Origin: Styela clava
Taxonomy: Eukaryota
Assembly: GCF_964204865.1 (NCBI RefSeq)
Contig: NC_135250.1
Span: 11,284,001-11,348,000 of the forward strand
Direction of reading: 5' to 3'
DNA: 64,000 bases
A program made the position numbers and the translations under genes. The notes under the pieces were generated by a model, which searched no databases, was not told the DNA's origin, and was given only the letters and a program-made list of their open reading frames with translations. This document shows positions 28,401-43,400 of this stretch, piece after piece; within the stretch, counting starts at the first letter, position 1, and each line of letters opens with the position of its first letter.

Positions 28401-31400
28401 CAATAACGTCACGACACACAACAGGCCTGCTTGGTATAGAAGGTGGTCCACTGCCTCTCTCGTTCTTTGCGATGACTCTGAATTCATAGTTATCACCTTC
28501 ATTGAATCCAGTAATAGTGAATTTTGTCTCACGAACCATCTTCTCAGTTGCTGATAAATAGCGATCTTGCCCAAGAAGACGTTTTTCAATGAAATATTCC
28601 GAAATTTCCAAGCCACCATCGAATACGGGAGGCTTCCACTCAAGAGTTACAGAATCTTTTGTGACATCAGACACACGAATTTCCTCTGGTCGGCCAGGAG
28701 TTGCTGGTAAGATTATCGAATATTAAATGTCACGTGCTGAACAGTTACAGAAAAATATTTGATCAGTTAATGATAAATAATTACTTACACACTGGGTCCC
28801 TTGCAGTCACAGGAAGGCTGGATTCCAAAGTTGGGCCAACACCAATGATATTTTCAGCAGATACGCGAAACATATACGATTCATTTTCGATCAAGCTCTT
28901 TAAAAAAACAAATATGTTTTAATATAAACCAAGATCAGTATATTGAAAAGTCAGATGAGCATCAAAACCTACCCTCACAACTGCTGTAGTTCTGGTTACC
29001 ACCATGGGAACACGTGTCCAAGATCTCCTAGAAGATTCACGCTTTTCAATAACATAATTTGTGATTGTGCATCCACCATCATCTTCTGGTGCCTCCCAAG
29101 ACAATGTAACGGTGTGTTTGGTTATATCAGATTGTGAGAGTGGACCAATGCAAGGACCAGCAATATCTGTGACCAAATTTCAACATGTTGAAAGCAGTAT
29201 ATAACAAAATATTTGTGTTGCAACAGAAAAATTTAGTTTGAAAGACATACCTTGTATAGAGACGTCAACTTGACATTGAGATTCACCAGCTGGATTTACT
29301 ACTTTTAATACATAACAGCCAGTGTGGCGGCGTTGACAATTTCTGATTACAACAGTTCTGCTTGAGTCATGCAGCCTTGCTTCTTCAGGCAATTGTTCAT
29401 CTAGAAAATACAAATCAGATAAGTCTGAAAATCTAAACAAGCATAAGATTAATATGATCTTCAATCAATATTTACCATCTTTTTTCCAGAGAATATATGG
29501 ATCTGGTTTGCCATCAATTACAGCATTCAGGCGTATAGTCTCTCCAGCACGAGCCAGAATTTTATTTTTCTTGATAGTAGAGTCAAAGTTTGCAACTGGA
29601 GCTTCTGTTAACACAAGAACGCAAGGCGATTTTTTTTTACAGATACTAAATTATATATTTAGACCATTCCAAATGATAAGATTTACCATGCTTATCTCCA
29701 ACTACAACAATTTCTGGTATAAGTCCAGGCAGCCCTCTACCAGCATCATTAATAGCAGAAACTCTGAAGCTGTATCTTCCACCTTCCTTTAATTCCCCTG
29801 CTACAAAACTTGTTGAACGAAGTTCATGGCCAGTGATTTTCAACCAATCTTCATCATCTGCAAAATAGAAAAATATGGTATTTTTGTGCCAGTAAATGGA
29901 TTATTTTCATAAGCAATGTATATTGCAGATATTGTATAAACTTACCTTCATCTTTCCTTTCCACTACATATCCTTTAATTCTTGAGCCACCATCACTATC
30001 AGGTACATTCCATGCTAGAGATACTGTAGTTTTTGTGGTGTTTGTGACGATGGGCTTTGGGGAACCAGGACAGTCTATTTGGTTAGCAGCAATGACAGGA
30101 CTGCTTACTAAACTGAAGTCTCCTTGCCCAGCCTCATTTATCGCTGCAACTCTGAAAACATATTCTTGTCCTTCTTGCAAGCAGCCTGCCCTAAATTGAG
30201 TACCCATAATCTTTTCAGTAGTCACTTTTCTCCAATTTCTGTTAAGGCGAGACCTTTTTTCAAGAGCATATGACGTGATTACAGATCCACCATCATTTTC
30301 TGGAGCATTCCAGTATACCGTTACGGCATCACGAGTAACACCTTTTACACTAGGCTTATCTGGTCTCTCCGGTCGTTCGCATGGATTTTTAGCTAGAACC
30401 GGATCTGTTTCAAGCCAAGTGCTGCATCCATGTTGATTAATAGATCTATTTATAAAAATATCACAGTAAGTTCAAGACCTGGAAACAAATAAATCTGAGA
30501 CAATCATGCACAAAAAAATACCTTATTCGATAGATATATTCTTTTCCAGACATTAGCTCAGTATCTGTAATAGCCAAGTCCTTAGGACAGGCCACAGGAT
30601 GCCAACTATCTCTGTCAATTTCTCTTTTTTCCACAGCATAATATTTGATGCGGCTACCACCATCATCTTGGACTGGGTTCCAAAAGAAGGCAATAGTGGA
30701 AGATGACACTTTTGTGAATTCAAAAGGTTTGCTTGGTGGGCCAGGTTTACCTATGATAGAAATATTGGGTTTAAATTAACTGTTATGAAAAAATTGGGTT
30801 CAAATTAACTGGTATTACAAGTAATTTCACAGACAATTTCAAGCCCACTCACCAATAACATTGACTTTTATAGACTTCGATACCTTTCCGGCAATATTTT
30901 TTGCAGTGACAATGTATAATCCTGTGTCAGACCGGACAGCCTTGGTTTTTCTGAGATGCGTCTCTGATGATGTAATTGTTAGCAAAATTCTGCATTAGAT
31001 TAGAAGAAATAATCAAAAACTCATAATCAAATATTAATTACTATTAACAGCCACAATACTATAATTAATGTATAAAATACCTTTCCGACTTTTTGATCTC
31101 TTGTTCAAAATATTGCCAAGTTATCACTGGTTTTGGAAATCCCACAAATTTGGCAGAGATTTCAACATCACAACCAAATTCAAACTCATAAAATTCCACA
31201 GCTTCAATTACTGGAAAAACTGGAAAATAATTTTATAAGTATAATATAAAAATTAAAATTATGACTATGAATATAATATAATATTTCAGTTCATCCTACC
31301 AATATCATCTTTGCATTCTACAGGTCCAACTTTATTGGACGGAGGACTTGAACCGACGTCATTGACTGCCAAAACACGAAACTCTGGTTGTTCGTTCTTG

Positions 31401-34400
31401 CTGATACCTTTAATTGTGTATTCAGTGCTGGAAACATCTTCTTTGTTGCATCTAACAAAAAAAAAATAGATGAAATTAATATTTTAATGATATCAGTTGT
31501 ATTAAATATGTTGAATAGTTTTCAAACCTGTTCCAGATCTCCTCTCCTTCAGTACCCTTTCCAAGTTTTTGTATCAAGTATGTTTTGAGAGGTAGGTTAC
31601 CATAAGATTTTGATTCGACCCATTTGAGAGAAACTGTTGTGGCAGTGAGCGATATAACTTTCAGCAAAGTTGGAGCATCCGGAGTTGTAACCGGATCAGC
31701 AATAAGTGTAGGTTTACTACTGACAATGTAAGGTCCCTGGCCTGTTGCATTGACTGCACACACACGAAATTCATATTCATATCCATGCAGTAAATCACTA
31801 ACTACACACTCGGTGATAGAAAGAGCAGATTCAACCTGAAAATTTTGAATTTGCATGTTAAACGTCTTTGCTGCTTTCATCTAATTCTATAATCGACACT
31901 TACTTTTGTCCATGTGGTTGCATCTCCTCTGCGCTTTTCAACAATGTATTTTTGAATTCTTGAGCCACCATTATTTCCAGGTTCTTTCCAATGCAATGTG
32001 GCTGATCTGCTTGTCACATGTGAAATATCCATATTTTCTGGCTGCCCCGGTGTATCAATGACTTGGACTTTGCATGATGTAAATCTGGAACCACCAGAGT
32101 TTTGGCAAACAATGGTGTATGTTCCACTATGGTTGCGATTGCAGTTATGAATTTGGACAAAATAATCCCCACCCTTATTGCGTTCTTGCAAACAATCTCC
32201 TGGTATATTTTCTTTATCATCTTTTTTCCATTGAACCTATAAAATCATATCATAATATTACAAAAATGAAAAAAATAGGAGAAAATCGCACATTTTTTAA
32301 ACTTACACTTGGTTGTGGACATCCAGATACATTGGCAACAAGTTTAATTGTTGTACCAGCTCTCACTTCCAGGATATTTCTCAGACCAGTATTCATACAA
32401 ATTGATGGAGGTTCTGAATTTTAAAAGTAGCATTTATTAGAATTAATTCAGAATTCCAGATTAAAAATCTCTAATAAATCTAAAATTTACCAATAATGTC
32501 TCTGGCTTGTGTGTTCCTTGAAGGCATTGATGGAATACCTGCACCCAGTACATTACAAGCTGTAATTCTAAATTGATATCTGTAACCAGTTTGAAGATTA
32601 GGGACTACGACTTTGGTTGTATTGATCATTGAGGACTCTCCCAGTATGATCTTCACCCAATCCATTTCAACCTGTTAATTAGGAAAATTTGGTTAAATAT
32701 ATTCTCTATTAACACATACAAGTGGTTTTATGAATATAATCAATAATCTGATTTACCTCATCACATCTTTCCAAATAATATCCAGTAATTTCAGATCCAC
32801 CATCAAATTTTGGAGGGAACCAGGTCAGAGACATGCTTGTTGCAGAAACATCAGTGATCTTTGGGGCAAAGGGTTGGCCAGGTGGATAGATTGGATTCTG
32901 TGCTATATAACTGTCAGAGTCTTCACTTTTAGGTCCCACACCTGCCTTGTTGACTGCACTTACTCTGAAGCGATACTCAATACCAGCATCAAGTTGGTTG
33001 ATCTAATAAAAATGTAAAGCCATATACAAATATACAAGTAGGTAGCATGCTATATTTAATTAAATAGAATCTAAACTTCTACAAACCTTATATGAGCATT
33101 TCTTTGTATTTCCAACTATAGGTGAGCGTGTCACTTTCCTCCATCTAGCTGTATCGCTGTCTCTAACTTCTAACCAATACCCTTCGATTACGGCACCACC
33201 ATCCTTCTTCGGTGTTTGCCACGAAATTAGCATTGAAGACTTTGTTATTTCTGATGCAATTGGTTTACCCGGACTATCAGGTGTTTCTAAATTCAAACAA
33301 TCAGTTGAAGTATTTTACAAGTTTTCAAACCTATAATTACATTTCATTACAATCTTACCATATGGATTTTTAGCTACAGCAGATGGAGATTCAGTAAAAG
33401 CACCAACACCAATTCGGTTTTCAGCAGCAACTCTGAAATGGTACTCAACTCCAAAAGTTAGTTTCTTGACCCTAAATAGAGAACGAAATCAGTTATTCCA
33501 TTGCTCGCATTTGGGAAGACCTTGTAATATTAACGATGATTTACCTGAATTTTGTCTCTATCACAGCATTGGTAAGTGGAATCCAGTTTCTATTTTTTCC
33601 TTCACGCTTTTCAACAACATAATTAAACAACTCCGCCCCACCATTGTCGACTGGTGGGTCCCACTGGACAACAAGGTTTTCGGATGTGACCTTAGTCAAC
33701 CTGACATTTTGAGGAGCAGCCGGTACATCTAAAAAGCGAAAGTATTAATGATATATTTCAACTAATATAAAAACTGAGGGCTATCATTTCCATAGGTGTT
33801 ATACCATATACAGTTACAATGCTTCTGACAGTCTTGGTTCCCAAATAGTTGGTTGCTGTTATGTGATAAATTCCATCATCTTGTCTGGCACATTTTGGTA
33901 TGAATATTGTAGCCTCTTTGCCTAAAATAAGAAATACAATTTATAAATAACTGTTAAAACCTTTTTAATATACTTCAACTGTAATATTTTCATTTTTAGA
34001 TGACTAACCATTTCTCACAATCTTCATGTGGTCGCTCTCTTTCTCAAGAATGGTATTCTTGTCTTTCACCCATTTTACTTCTGGTTCTGGTACCCCATGA
34101 ACTACTGCTGGAAGATGAATGCAATCACCAGCACGAACTTGAAGTGTCTTATTTGCACCAATATCTAATGTGACATCAGGTGAAGCTGTTCCAAACAAAA
34201 TGGCAGAGTTATAGAGTTGCCTAAAATAGCAAAGTTGAAGTGCAATTTATGAATTCTTATGCTCAAACTGAACTTAATGCTTCAATTCAGTGACCAGATT
34301 ACTTGATTTCTGCCTTCATTAATAAAATCAAAAAATCAGAAAATGAAAATTTGAAAAGTGAATAAATTCCAAAAGACCGCATACCTGCTGGCTCAAGAGC

Positions 34401-37400
34401 TTCTGTTGGTAGCGTGAAAGCAGGATTACTTTCTCCAATGTTATTTACAGCCTTGACTCTAATGACATACTTCATACCAGTAAGGAGCTCTTCGACCTTG
34501 AATCCAGTCTTCTCAATGAGCCGGCTACATAATTAAAAAAATTATGTATTTCAAGTCCAAAACATGGCATATTCAACAAAATCTCTCCATTACTCAAACA
34601 TTTCTACCTACCTATTGCATGGAGTCCATTCTTTGTGACCTAGCTGCTGTTTATCTACCATGTAGCCTTTTATGGCAGAACCACCATTCGTCCTGGATGC
34701 ATTCCACTTTACCAAAAGATAAGTGTTCTTTTTTTCTACAACTCTCAAGTACTCTGGACGACTAGGTACATCTGTCAAGCAGAATATTTTTTATACAATA
34801 TGTAATTAATATTCAATAGTTATAAGGTTATCAAATAAACCATACCTAATGGATCTTCGCAAAGCACTGGAGGACACTCGACCCAAGGTCCTTTTCCAAC
34901 ATCATTTTCAGCACATATTCGAAAAGCATAAGTACAGCCCACAACAACATTGCTTGCTTCAACTTCAAACTGCAAAGATAAAGTCAGTATCAGTGGTCTT
35001 ATTGGAAAAATCCTTCTTCGTTCAATCTATGCAAGGTTACTCTATATTTCTATAAAAACCATATACAGTGATGAGTCACTAAGTTAAATATAACCGATTA
35101 GTATTTTATACCTTCTCTGTGTCCTTGACTGCTAGCCATGCTTTCATTGATGTGTCACGTTTTTCAATGAAGTATCTTGTAATAAGCAGTCCTCCATCAT
35201 CAGATGGTACTCTCCATGACAATGCAACAGATGATTTTGTAATAGCTCCAGTTTCGAATTCCTGAGAAACACAAATCGATTTAAGCACAATAATTCATAT
35301 TCACAAATTTTTAAAATTTAGTAAAAAAGTTACCTTGACAGGTCCTGGGACATCAAGTACATTCACCAGACAAGTAGTAGTCTTGGTTCCACAGACATTC
35401 TTAGCGGTTACTGTATATTGGCCCCAATCTGAACGTTGGCACTTTTGAATTCTCAATAATGAACCTGTAAGATAAATGTTATCATTTGAACAGTTTCCCC
35501 CTCTTATCTACCGCAATTCAATAAATACAAATCATTGACTTGCCTTTTTCGGAATTTACAACTTCAACATGAGATGGTAGAGATTCAGAATCCTTTTGCC
35601 ACGATATTTCAGGTGCAGGTCTTCCAGTAACATTGGCCATAATTTCGATCATTTTACCACTATGAACTGTAAGACCATCAGCAACCCCCGCAGCCAGATC
35701 AATGTGTGGGAGATCTGGAAAGCAAATATGCAACACATAAATAAAAGATAAATCATAGTGATAATGATATTTTATTTACTGGGCTTACCAATTTTTTCTT
35801 TAACAGTAACTTCTATTTCAGCAGGTTTGCTTTCACCAGCTCTGTTGACAGCTTTCACTCTAAAATTACATACTTGGCCTTCTTCTAATGAGGTAATAGT
35901 ACAGCTTAATGCTGTTATCTTCTTTTCAAAGCACTGTTGCCATGACCCATCTTCAAGCTGCCTTTCTACTTCATAGAAGATGCGTGAATCACCCCCAGAA
36001 TAACTTGGTAATTCCCATTTGAGAGTTACAGAATTGTTGGTGACATCAGTTACTTTTAGGTGACATGGAGGAGCAGGGACACTAGCTGGATCTTGACAAG
36101 TGAAAAAATCACTTTCAGGGCTGAAGTTTCCGAGACCGGCTGCATTTTCTGCACAGACTCTGAACCGGTATGATGAATCCTCATAAAGGCCAGTGATAAC
36201 CTGAAGGTAATGAATATCACATGCTTGAAAAGTTGCTACTTATCTCAAAAAATTAATTTCAAAATTTTTTTTTACTTGATATTCATTTGTTCTTATCAGG
36301 TCACGAACAACTCTTGTCCACTTTCCAGTTTCAATATCTTTTCTTTCCAAATGATACCCGAGTATAGAGCTTCCTCCATCATTAGGTTCATTCCAGTTTA
36401 CGAACATAGCTTTACGTGTAACATCTACAACATTTGGCTTTTCTGGTGCACCTGGTTCATCTGCAAAGGAATTTTCTCAAGTAATATATATTCATTTTGC
36501 CACACTTTGCCTTTCATATATACCAGTAAGCAAGTTTATTTACCAAATGCCATTTTTGCCACATAAGGCTCAGATTCCAGCCATGGTCCAACTCCAAGCT
36601 TGTTTTCTGCAGCTACTCTAAAAATGTATTCTGTTCCTGTCACAAGTTTTTGTGCTCGCCACCTTGTACATGATATTGTCGCGGACAGTGTAGACCAATT
36701 CTGAAAGATATAATCAGATTATTTAGTTATATAAATATAGTATATCAAATTATTTTTATCGAGTAATCAAGAACCTTCTTGTTTGATTCTCTGACTTCCA
36801 CAACATAATTGAGTATTTCAAAGCCTCCATTGTCAGCAGGTGGCTTCCAGTAAATGGTCACTGCCTCTTTGGTGGAATCTTCAAAAGTCCATGGAATAGA
36901 ACAAATATCTGGAACATCTGAAAAGACAAAAAGTTATGAATATTAAACCAGTAAGTAGTGACAGTAATTAGTAACTTTGCTGTTCCGTGAAACACTGAAA
37001 AATACTAACCAGTCACAAAAACTTCGACAGACGCAGTGGCACGACCTTGTTCATTTTCGAGACAAATAAAGTATTTCCCTTTATCAGCTCTTGTGCATGG
37101 TCCAAGATGAAGTTCAACTGTGTCGTCAGTTGTCTAATAACAAACAAAGTCGGTGTTATTATTTGAATAAGGTATCATATACTGAACAATTCAAAGTTAC
37201 TAACTTTCAATATTCTTGTTGGTGTGCAAACAACATCAGTTTCTTCTTTGTCATATTGCACCCATCTTATTGAAGGCTTCGGAACACCAGAATATGTTGC
37301 AGTTAATGTGAGTTCTGCACCTCCACGAACTTCTATACCTTTCTTCAAATGAGAAGCAAAGTGAACGGTTGGGGCAGCTATAAAGAAAAAATAGTAGGTA

Positions 37401-40400
37401 ATGAATCTGATAAAATCTGATAAAATCATCAACTTAAGATCGTATAAATGATACAAACCTATAGGATCCTTAGCTGCTATTGGAGGAAGTTGTGCAGGTT
37501 CACCTACACCTGCTTTATTCTTTGCATAGACTCTGTATTCATACTCTAGTTCTGGCGTCAGATTTTCAACAGTGTATTCAGTGTTAGGATAGTTATCAAT
37601 GTCTCTGATCCAATTCGATCCGTCTTTTTCAGTGAAATCCACACAATATCCAGTAATAATGCTTCCACCATCATGAAGTGGTTTCCGCCAAGAAAGAGAT
37701 AATGTTTTGGATGTTGGTTCGCTGTATCTCAATTCTATTGGTGCAGAAGGTGGAGCTACAGGATTCATTGCTGTGACAGACTCTTTGAGCACCGCTGGAG
37801 ATCCACAACCAACTTTGTTGTATGCAGTAACCCTCAAGTTGTAAGTCTGGTTACGAATTAAGCCATCAACTTTCCAAGTAGTTTTATCTGTGTTATGTGT
37901 TGCAATTTTCCAGGTTCGACGTCCAACTTCTCGTCTGAATAAATTCCAATCATATTATACAACAAATATGAATGAACAAAAAAAATATGGGTTCAATTTC
38001 AATTATTATGCTTACTTTTCAACAGAATAATACATGATAGCACTTCCACCATCGTCTGTCGGGGCTTTCCATGACAGCACACATGATTCATTACATATAT
38101 CACTGACGATAGGTTCTTCTGGTTCACCTGGACGATCTAGTACAAAAAATTCATAATTTTCAGAATTTAATATTATAAATAACTTATAGATAACATATTA
38201 TTAACAGATTCTTACCAATCACTACCACATTACAAGTCTTCAAAATGGTTTCTATTTTGTTCTCGAGAATAATTGAGTATTTTCCACCATCATTTTTTGT
38301 TACCATAGGTATGAATAAAGATGAGACATAACCAGTTACGGAAGTCTGGAAAAAAATTGCGTTATTTAAATACCCAGTAAAATTAATTCATTTACCGAAT
38401 GAAATTCCAACTTACAATTGCATTAGATGCCAGAGCTTTGTCATTAAGATGCCAAGAAATAGCGGGTGTTGGTTTTCCTGTAAATGGAACCTTCAGTCGC
38501 AACTTCTCTCCAGCAATTAGAATGATATTCTCATCAAGAATTGTGCAGGTTGGTGCACCTAGAACATGAGTCAATGATTGGTATCTTGAATGCATTTCAA
38601 GTACCGGTAGTTTAAAATAAATAAAACTAATACTCACAATCAGGATGGTCAACTGAAATCTCTTCAGTTGCCTCACTTGCTTTGCCTAGTCCAGCAGAAT
38701 TGTAAGCACAGACCCTAAAATTATATGAGCGTCCTTGACGAAGACCAGTTATCTGTAACAAAATTGAAAATTATTAATTTGATGAAAGGTTTCAAAAATT
38801 CACTTAATTATTCAAAAATCACAAGTTGTCTTATAATTACCTCCCCTAACGGTTCGGAGAAAGGCACCACATTGCAACGTATCCACTCTTCTCCTCCAGC
38901 CAGACAACGTTCGACATAGTATCCCAAGATATCATCTCCACCATTGAGAGATGGTATACACCATTTAAGAGTAACAGATGATATGCTTGTTGTCACCATT
39001 GTAACATTAGTAGGTTGGCCAGGTGGTACTGAAATAAAAAGGAAAATTGTTGTCAATTTTCTGTGGATTTTCTAATAACAACTAATTTATACTTTCTGTA
39101 ATTAAAAACTGATGTGTACTCACATATAGGATCTCTGACTATAAAATTCAGTGTTGGTTCACTTGGTTCTCCAGAACCCGCTTCATTTATGGCAATAATT
39201 CTGAACTGAACTTCAGCGAATGGCTCGATTTTTTCGCACTGAAAAAAAAATTGAGATCTATGAAGCAATGTTCGAATTATATTTATTTATACATATACAT
39301 GAAAACATTCAACTACCTTGTATTTACATGTTGCATCGTTTGTCCGCTCTACCTCAACCCATTGCTGTTGTCCTGAGACATTTTTCTTCTCAATACTGTA
39401 ACAAGCTATATCAGCTCCACCATCAAAGACTGGTTCACGCCAAACTAAATCAACATCATAACGAGATACACTGGTCGTTCTAAGTGATCTGGGTTTTCCT
39501 GGAACACCTACAATTACATAAAAAAAGAATTATTTTAATGTTACAAGAAATAGAAAAAAACATTGTGTATTGAAAAATATACTTACTGTACAAGCAAGCA
39601 GCTGTCACAGCTTTGCACTGATTCCATTCACTTTGCCCAATTGCGTTTACAGCAGCTACTCTGTACTCGAAAGAAGAGCCCTCCTTCAGATTATTTTCGG
39701 TGTATTCAGTAGATTCAATAAATACAACATCTTGCCAATTTTGTCTTCGCTGTTCTCTTTTTTGCAAAACATATCCTGTTATGCCACAGCCGCCATCATG
39801 ATCAGGCATCATCCACTGAAGTGTGACTGACGTTTTGGTGGTTCCGGCACTTTTAAGTTCTCTTGGGGAATCTGGTGCAGTTACTTTAGGCTTGCAAGTC
39901 ACAGTATCAGATTCTTCACTTGTGATAGATTGACCAGCTTTGTTGACAGCATAAACCCTGAAATTGGAAATATTATCGTTAGAGCAAATGCTGCAGAGGA
40001 AGTAGTTCCAAGAGAATAGAAGATCACAACACTTCTTACTTGAAGCTGTATTCATATTTCTTTGGTATTAGATCAACAACTTCATGTTCATTAGTCTTAA
40101 CATTAGCTTCCCAAGTAATAAAATCTTCTTTCCATTCATTGGCACCAACATCACGTTTTTTCAACAAAATGACATAATGTGAAACAGGGCATCCACCATC
40201 CAATTCGGGTTCACTCCAGAATAGTTTACAGCTAGTTTTGTTTATCTAAAAATACAAAAAATACAATTAAAAATCAAATTCTATCAAGCATTTATTAACT
40301 CTTATTGGGATAAAAACTTACCTCAAGAAGAGATGGTTTTCCAGGTCGGCTCGGTGGCTCAATAGGACTGATGGCCATCACCGGCTCACTTGGTTCACTT

Positions 40401-43400
40401 GCTTTACTAATTCCAGCAATGTTTTCTGCAAGGACTCTGCATGCAAGAATAAATGAAGAATATACATTGTTACATAAACCAACCTTTTCCCTATACCAAA
40501 AATGGGAACGTGAATGCTGAGAATAATTACCTGAAATAATATTCCTTGTCTTTCTGAAGACCATCAACATGATAGGAAAATGTTTCAGCATCCAGTGCTT
40601 CATTATTCAATCTTATCCAGCTACCGTCAGATCCTGCTCTCATTTCAACATAATACCCACTTACAACCTTTCCACCATCTGAACGAGGTTCATGCCACAT
40701 AACAGTCATAGAGTTTTCGGTGACGTCACAAACGTCAGTCGCATCTGGAGGGCATGGTGCACTAAACGGATCTTTTGCTACTACACCGGTGGTAGAAGCA
40801 GGCTCACCAATGCCATATTTGTTTACAGCAGAAACCTGAATTTCAAGTATAAAAAGATTTAAACCCAAATAGAATTATGAATGTACAGAAACATGGCTGT
40901 AAACTATCAAGAATCTGAGCCCAGTTCATATATACCCCAAAAGTTAATTGCAAGGTGGTTTTAACACCCAATACTTACTCCAAACTCATATTCACGGCCA
41001 TCGAAAAGTTCAGTTGCCTCGTATTTGAAGACATCAGACTTAACATCCGAATTAATTTTAGTCCATTTTTTACGTCCAAGTTCTCTACGTAGCATTACAT
41101 AGCCATTGATGTCTGCACCGCCATCATCTTCCGGAGCAATCCAACTAAAGCTACAGGTTTTTGCAGTTACGTCTTCCACATCTGTAAACAAGTTTATTTT
41201 TTTATGCATCTGATTATACAAGAATGACGAAAAATCTTATAGTATGTTACCTATGCTCAATGGTGGACCAGGTTTATCAAGAACTTCCACTTTACATTGA
41301 GTGGAGACTTTTCCATGTTCATTTTGTGCTATGACTGAATAATCACCTCTGTCATCACGAGTGGTCTAAAAAATGTTGCATGGTTAAACACTGTTAGAAC
41401 TACAGCATAAAAAAACGCTAAAAGCTAACTAACCTTTAGAATTCTAAGTATTGAACCAGTTTCAGTTGGGTCAACAACTAGTTGCTGGTCAGGAATGACT
41501 GGTACATTGTTACATGTCCATCTGATGACTGGGGCCGGCCGTCCAGTCACCTTTGCAACAATGTCAACAGGTTCACCAGCTCTTACAGTTATTCCCTCTC
41601 CAGCCCCATACTCAAGAACAACAGTAGGTAAAGCTGTAAATACAAGTTAAAAATTGTGGTGAAATGATCTCAAGAAAATACTACAACAATTGAAATATTA
41701 AAGTTTTAGTGTGTTAACCTTTTTCGTCCTGCACAAGGATGTATTCAGTTGGTTCTGAAGCCTCACCAGATCCTTCTTTGTTAACAGCACGAACCCTAAA
41801 CTGCCAGTTCATATCAGTCTCCAAATCTTTGACAACAGTTTTTGTTTTAGGTCCATCAGTAGAATGATCGAACTCATATTCATCATCATCTTCAGTTCTT
41901 ACCTCGATGATGTAATCTATAAAAACGTTAGTGGGTGTGTATAATATTACCGTTTTAATTTTATAAAATCAGTTGAAAAAAAACACTCACGGATGATCTT
42001 TGCCCCTCCATCAGATTCCGGTGATATCCAAGACAAAGTGACGGAATCCATTTTAACATTCGAACAAACAAGATTTGTTGGAGCATTCGGTGGTTCAATA
42101 GCATCCTCAGCAGTAATAGGTTGAGACAATTCAGAATAAGGTCCTTTACCATAAGCAGTAGTAGCACAAACACGAAAAACGTAAGTTTTGCCTTTTCGGA
42201 GATCAGTTACACTGCATTCTTCAACAACTGATTCTGTGACCTTATTAACAAAGCACAAAACAATTATTATTTGTGAAACAATAATGTTAATAGAAAGTGC
42301 TGAAACGTCAACTTACTTTAGTCCATGCTTTTCTATCGTTTTCTCGCTTTTCAACAATATAAGCAGTGATAGGTGAACCGCCATTATCAGAAGGCGCCTC
42401 CCACGATAGGTAAGAGGAAGAAGCAGTTACTTCACTGGTTCTCACATTAAACACTTGACTGGGCTTGCCTGAAAATACATGAAATATTCAGCATCCATGA
42501 AAAAGAAACAAAAAAGTCGAGATTTATTAAATACAACTTACCATATACAGACACTGTTAAGTGGCATACAGCTTCACCTTCTGGATTCTGAAGTACAAGT
42601 TTATAGTCACCAGCATCGACTGTTCTTGCGCTTGATTTGATTCTTAACAAAGCATATGTAGATCCAGATTCCAATTCCGTTCTATCATCTCTTTTGAGAA
42701 CTTTTTCATCTCTAGATCTAATCCACGCAACAGTTGGAACAGGAGCTCCAAATATTGGCACACGAATGTGAATAGTTTCTTGCTCAACGACAGTGATATG
42801 ACGCTTTGTCTCATCTAGGCTGAAACTTGGTGCAACTATAAAAATGCATAACAGAGTTAATCAAATTGTTCGATGTATAGCCATGATAAAGAGACATAAG
42901 TATATTTATAAACCTGATAAGTCTTGTGCTGTCACGGGTGGAGTTTCATCACTGGATTTTCCAATTCCTGCTTTGTTTTGAGCTTTAACACGAAATGAGT
43001 AAGTCTGGCCTTCTGTCAAGTCTACAATGGCATGTTTTGTAATCGTAGGTCCCGTAATACGAGCTACAGTTCTCCATAGAGCTTTATCGGCAGATACCTC
43101 ACACTCTTCAACCATATAGCCAGTAACTGCAGAACCACCATCGCTAACAGGGAAAGACCATGAAATATCGATACTGGATTTTGTCGGATTCTCACACACA
43201 ACTTTTATTGGAGCAGAAGGAACATCTGTAAAAAGTAATTTCAATCTCGAATCTGGAATTCAACAACAAATACGATATCTGTATTCTATATTGAGAGAAA
43301 TCAGAAAAACAGTCAGCAATTCAAATTCAAAAATTTTATAGTGGGAAATAACTTGCCGATTGCATCTTCAACGAGAATTAATGTCGTAGGTTCACTATGT

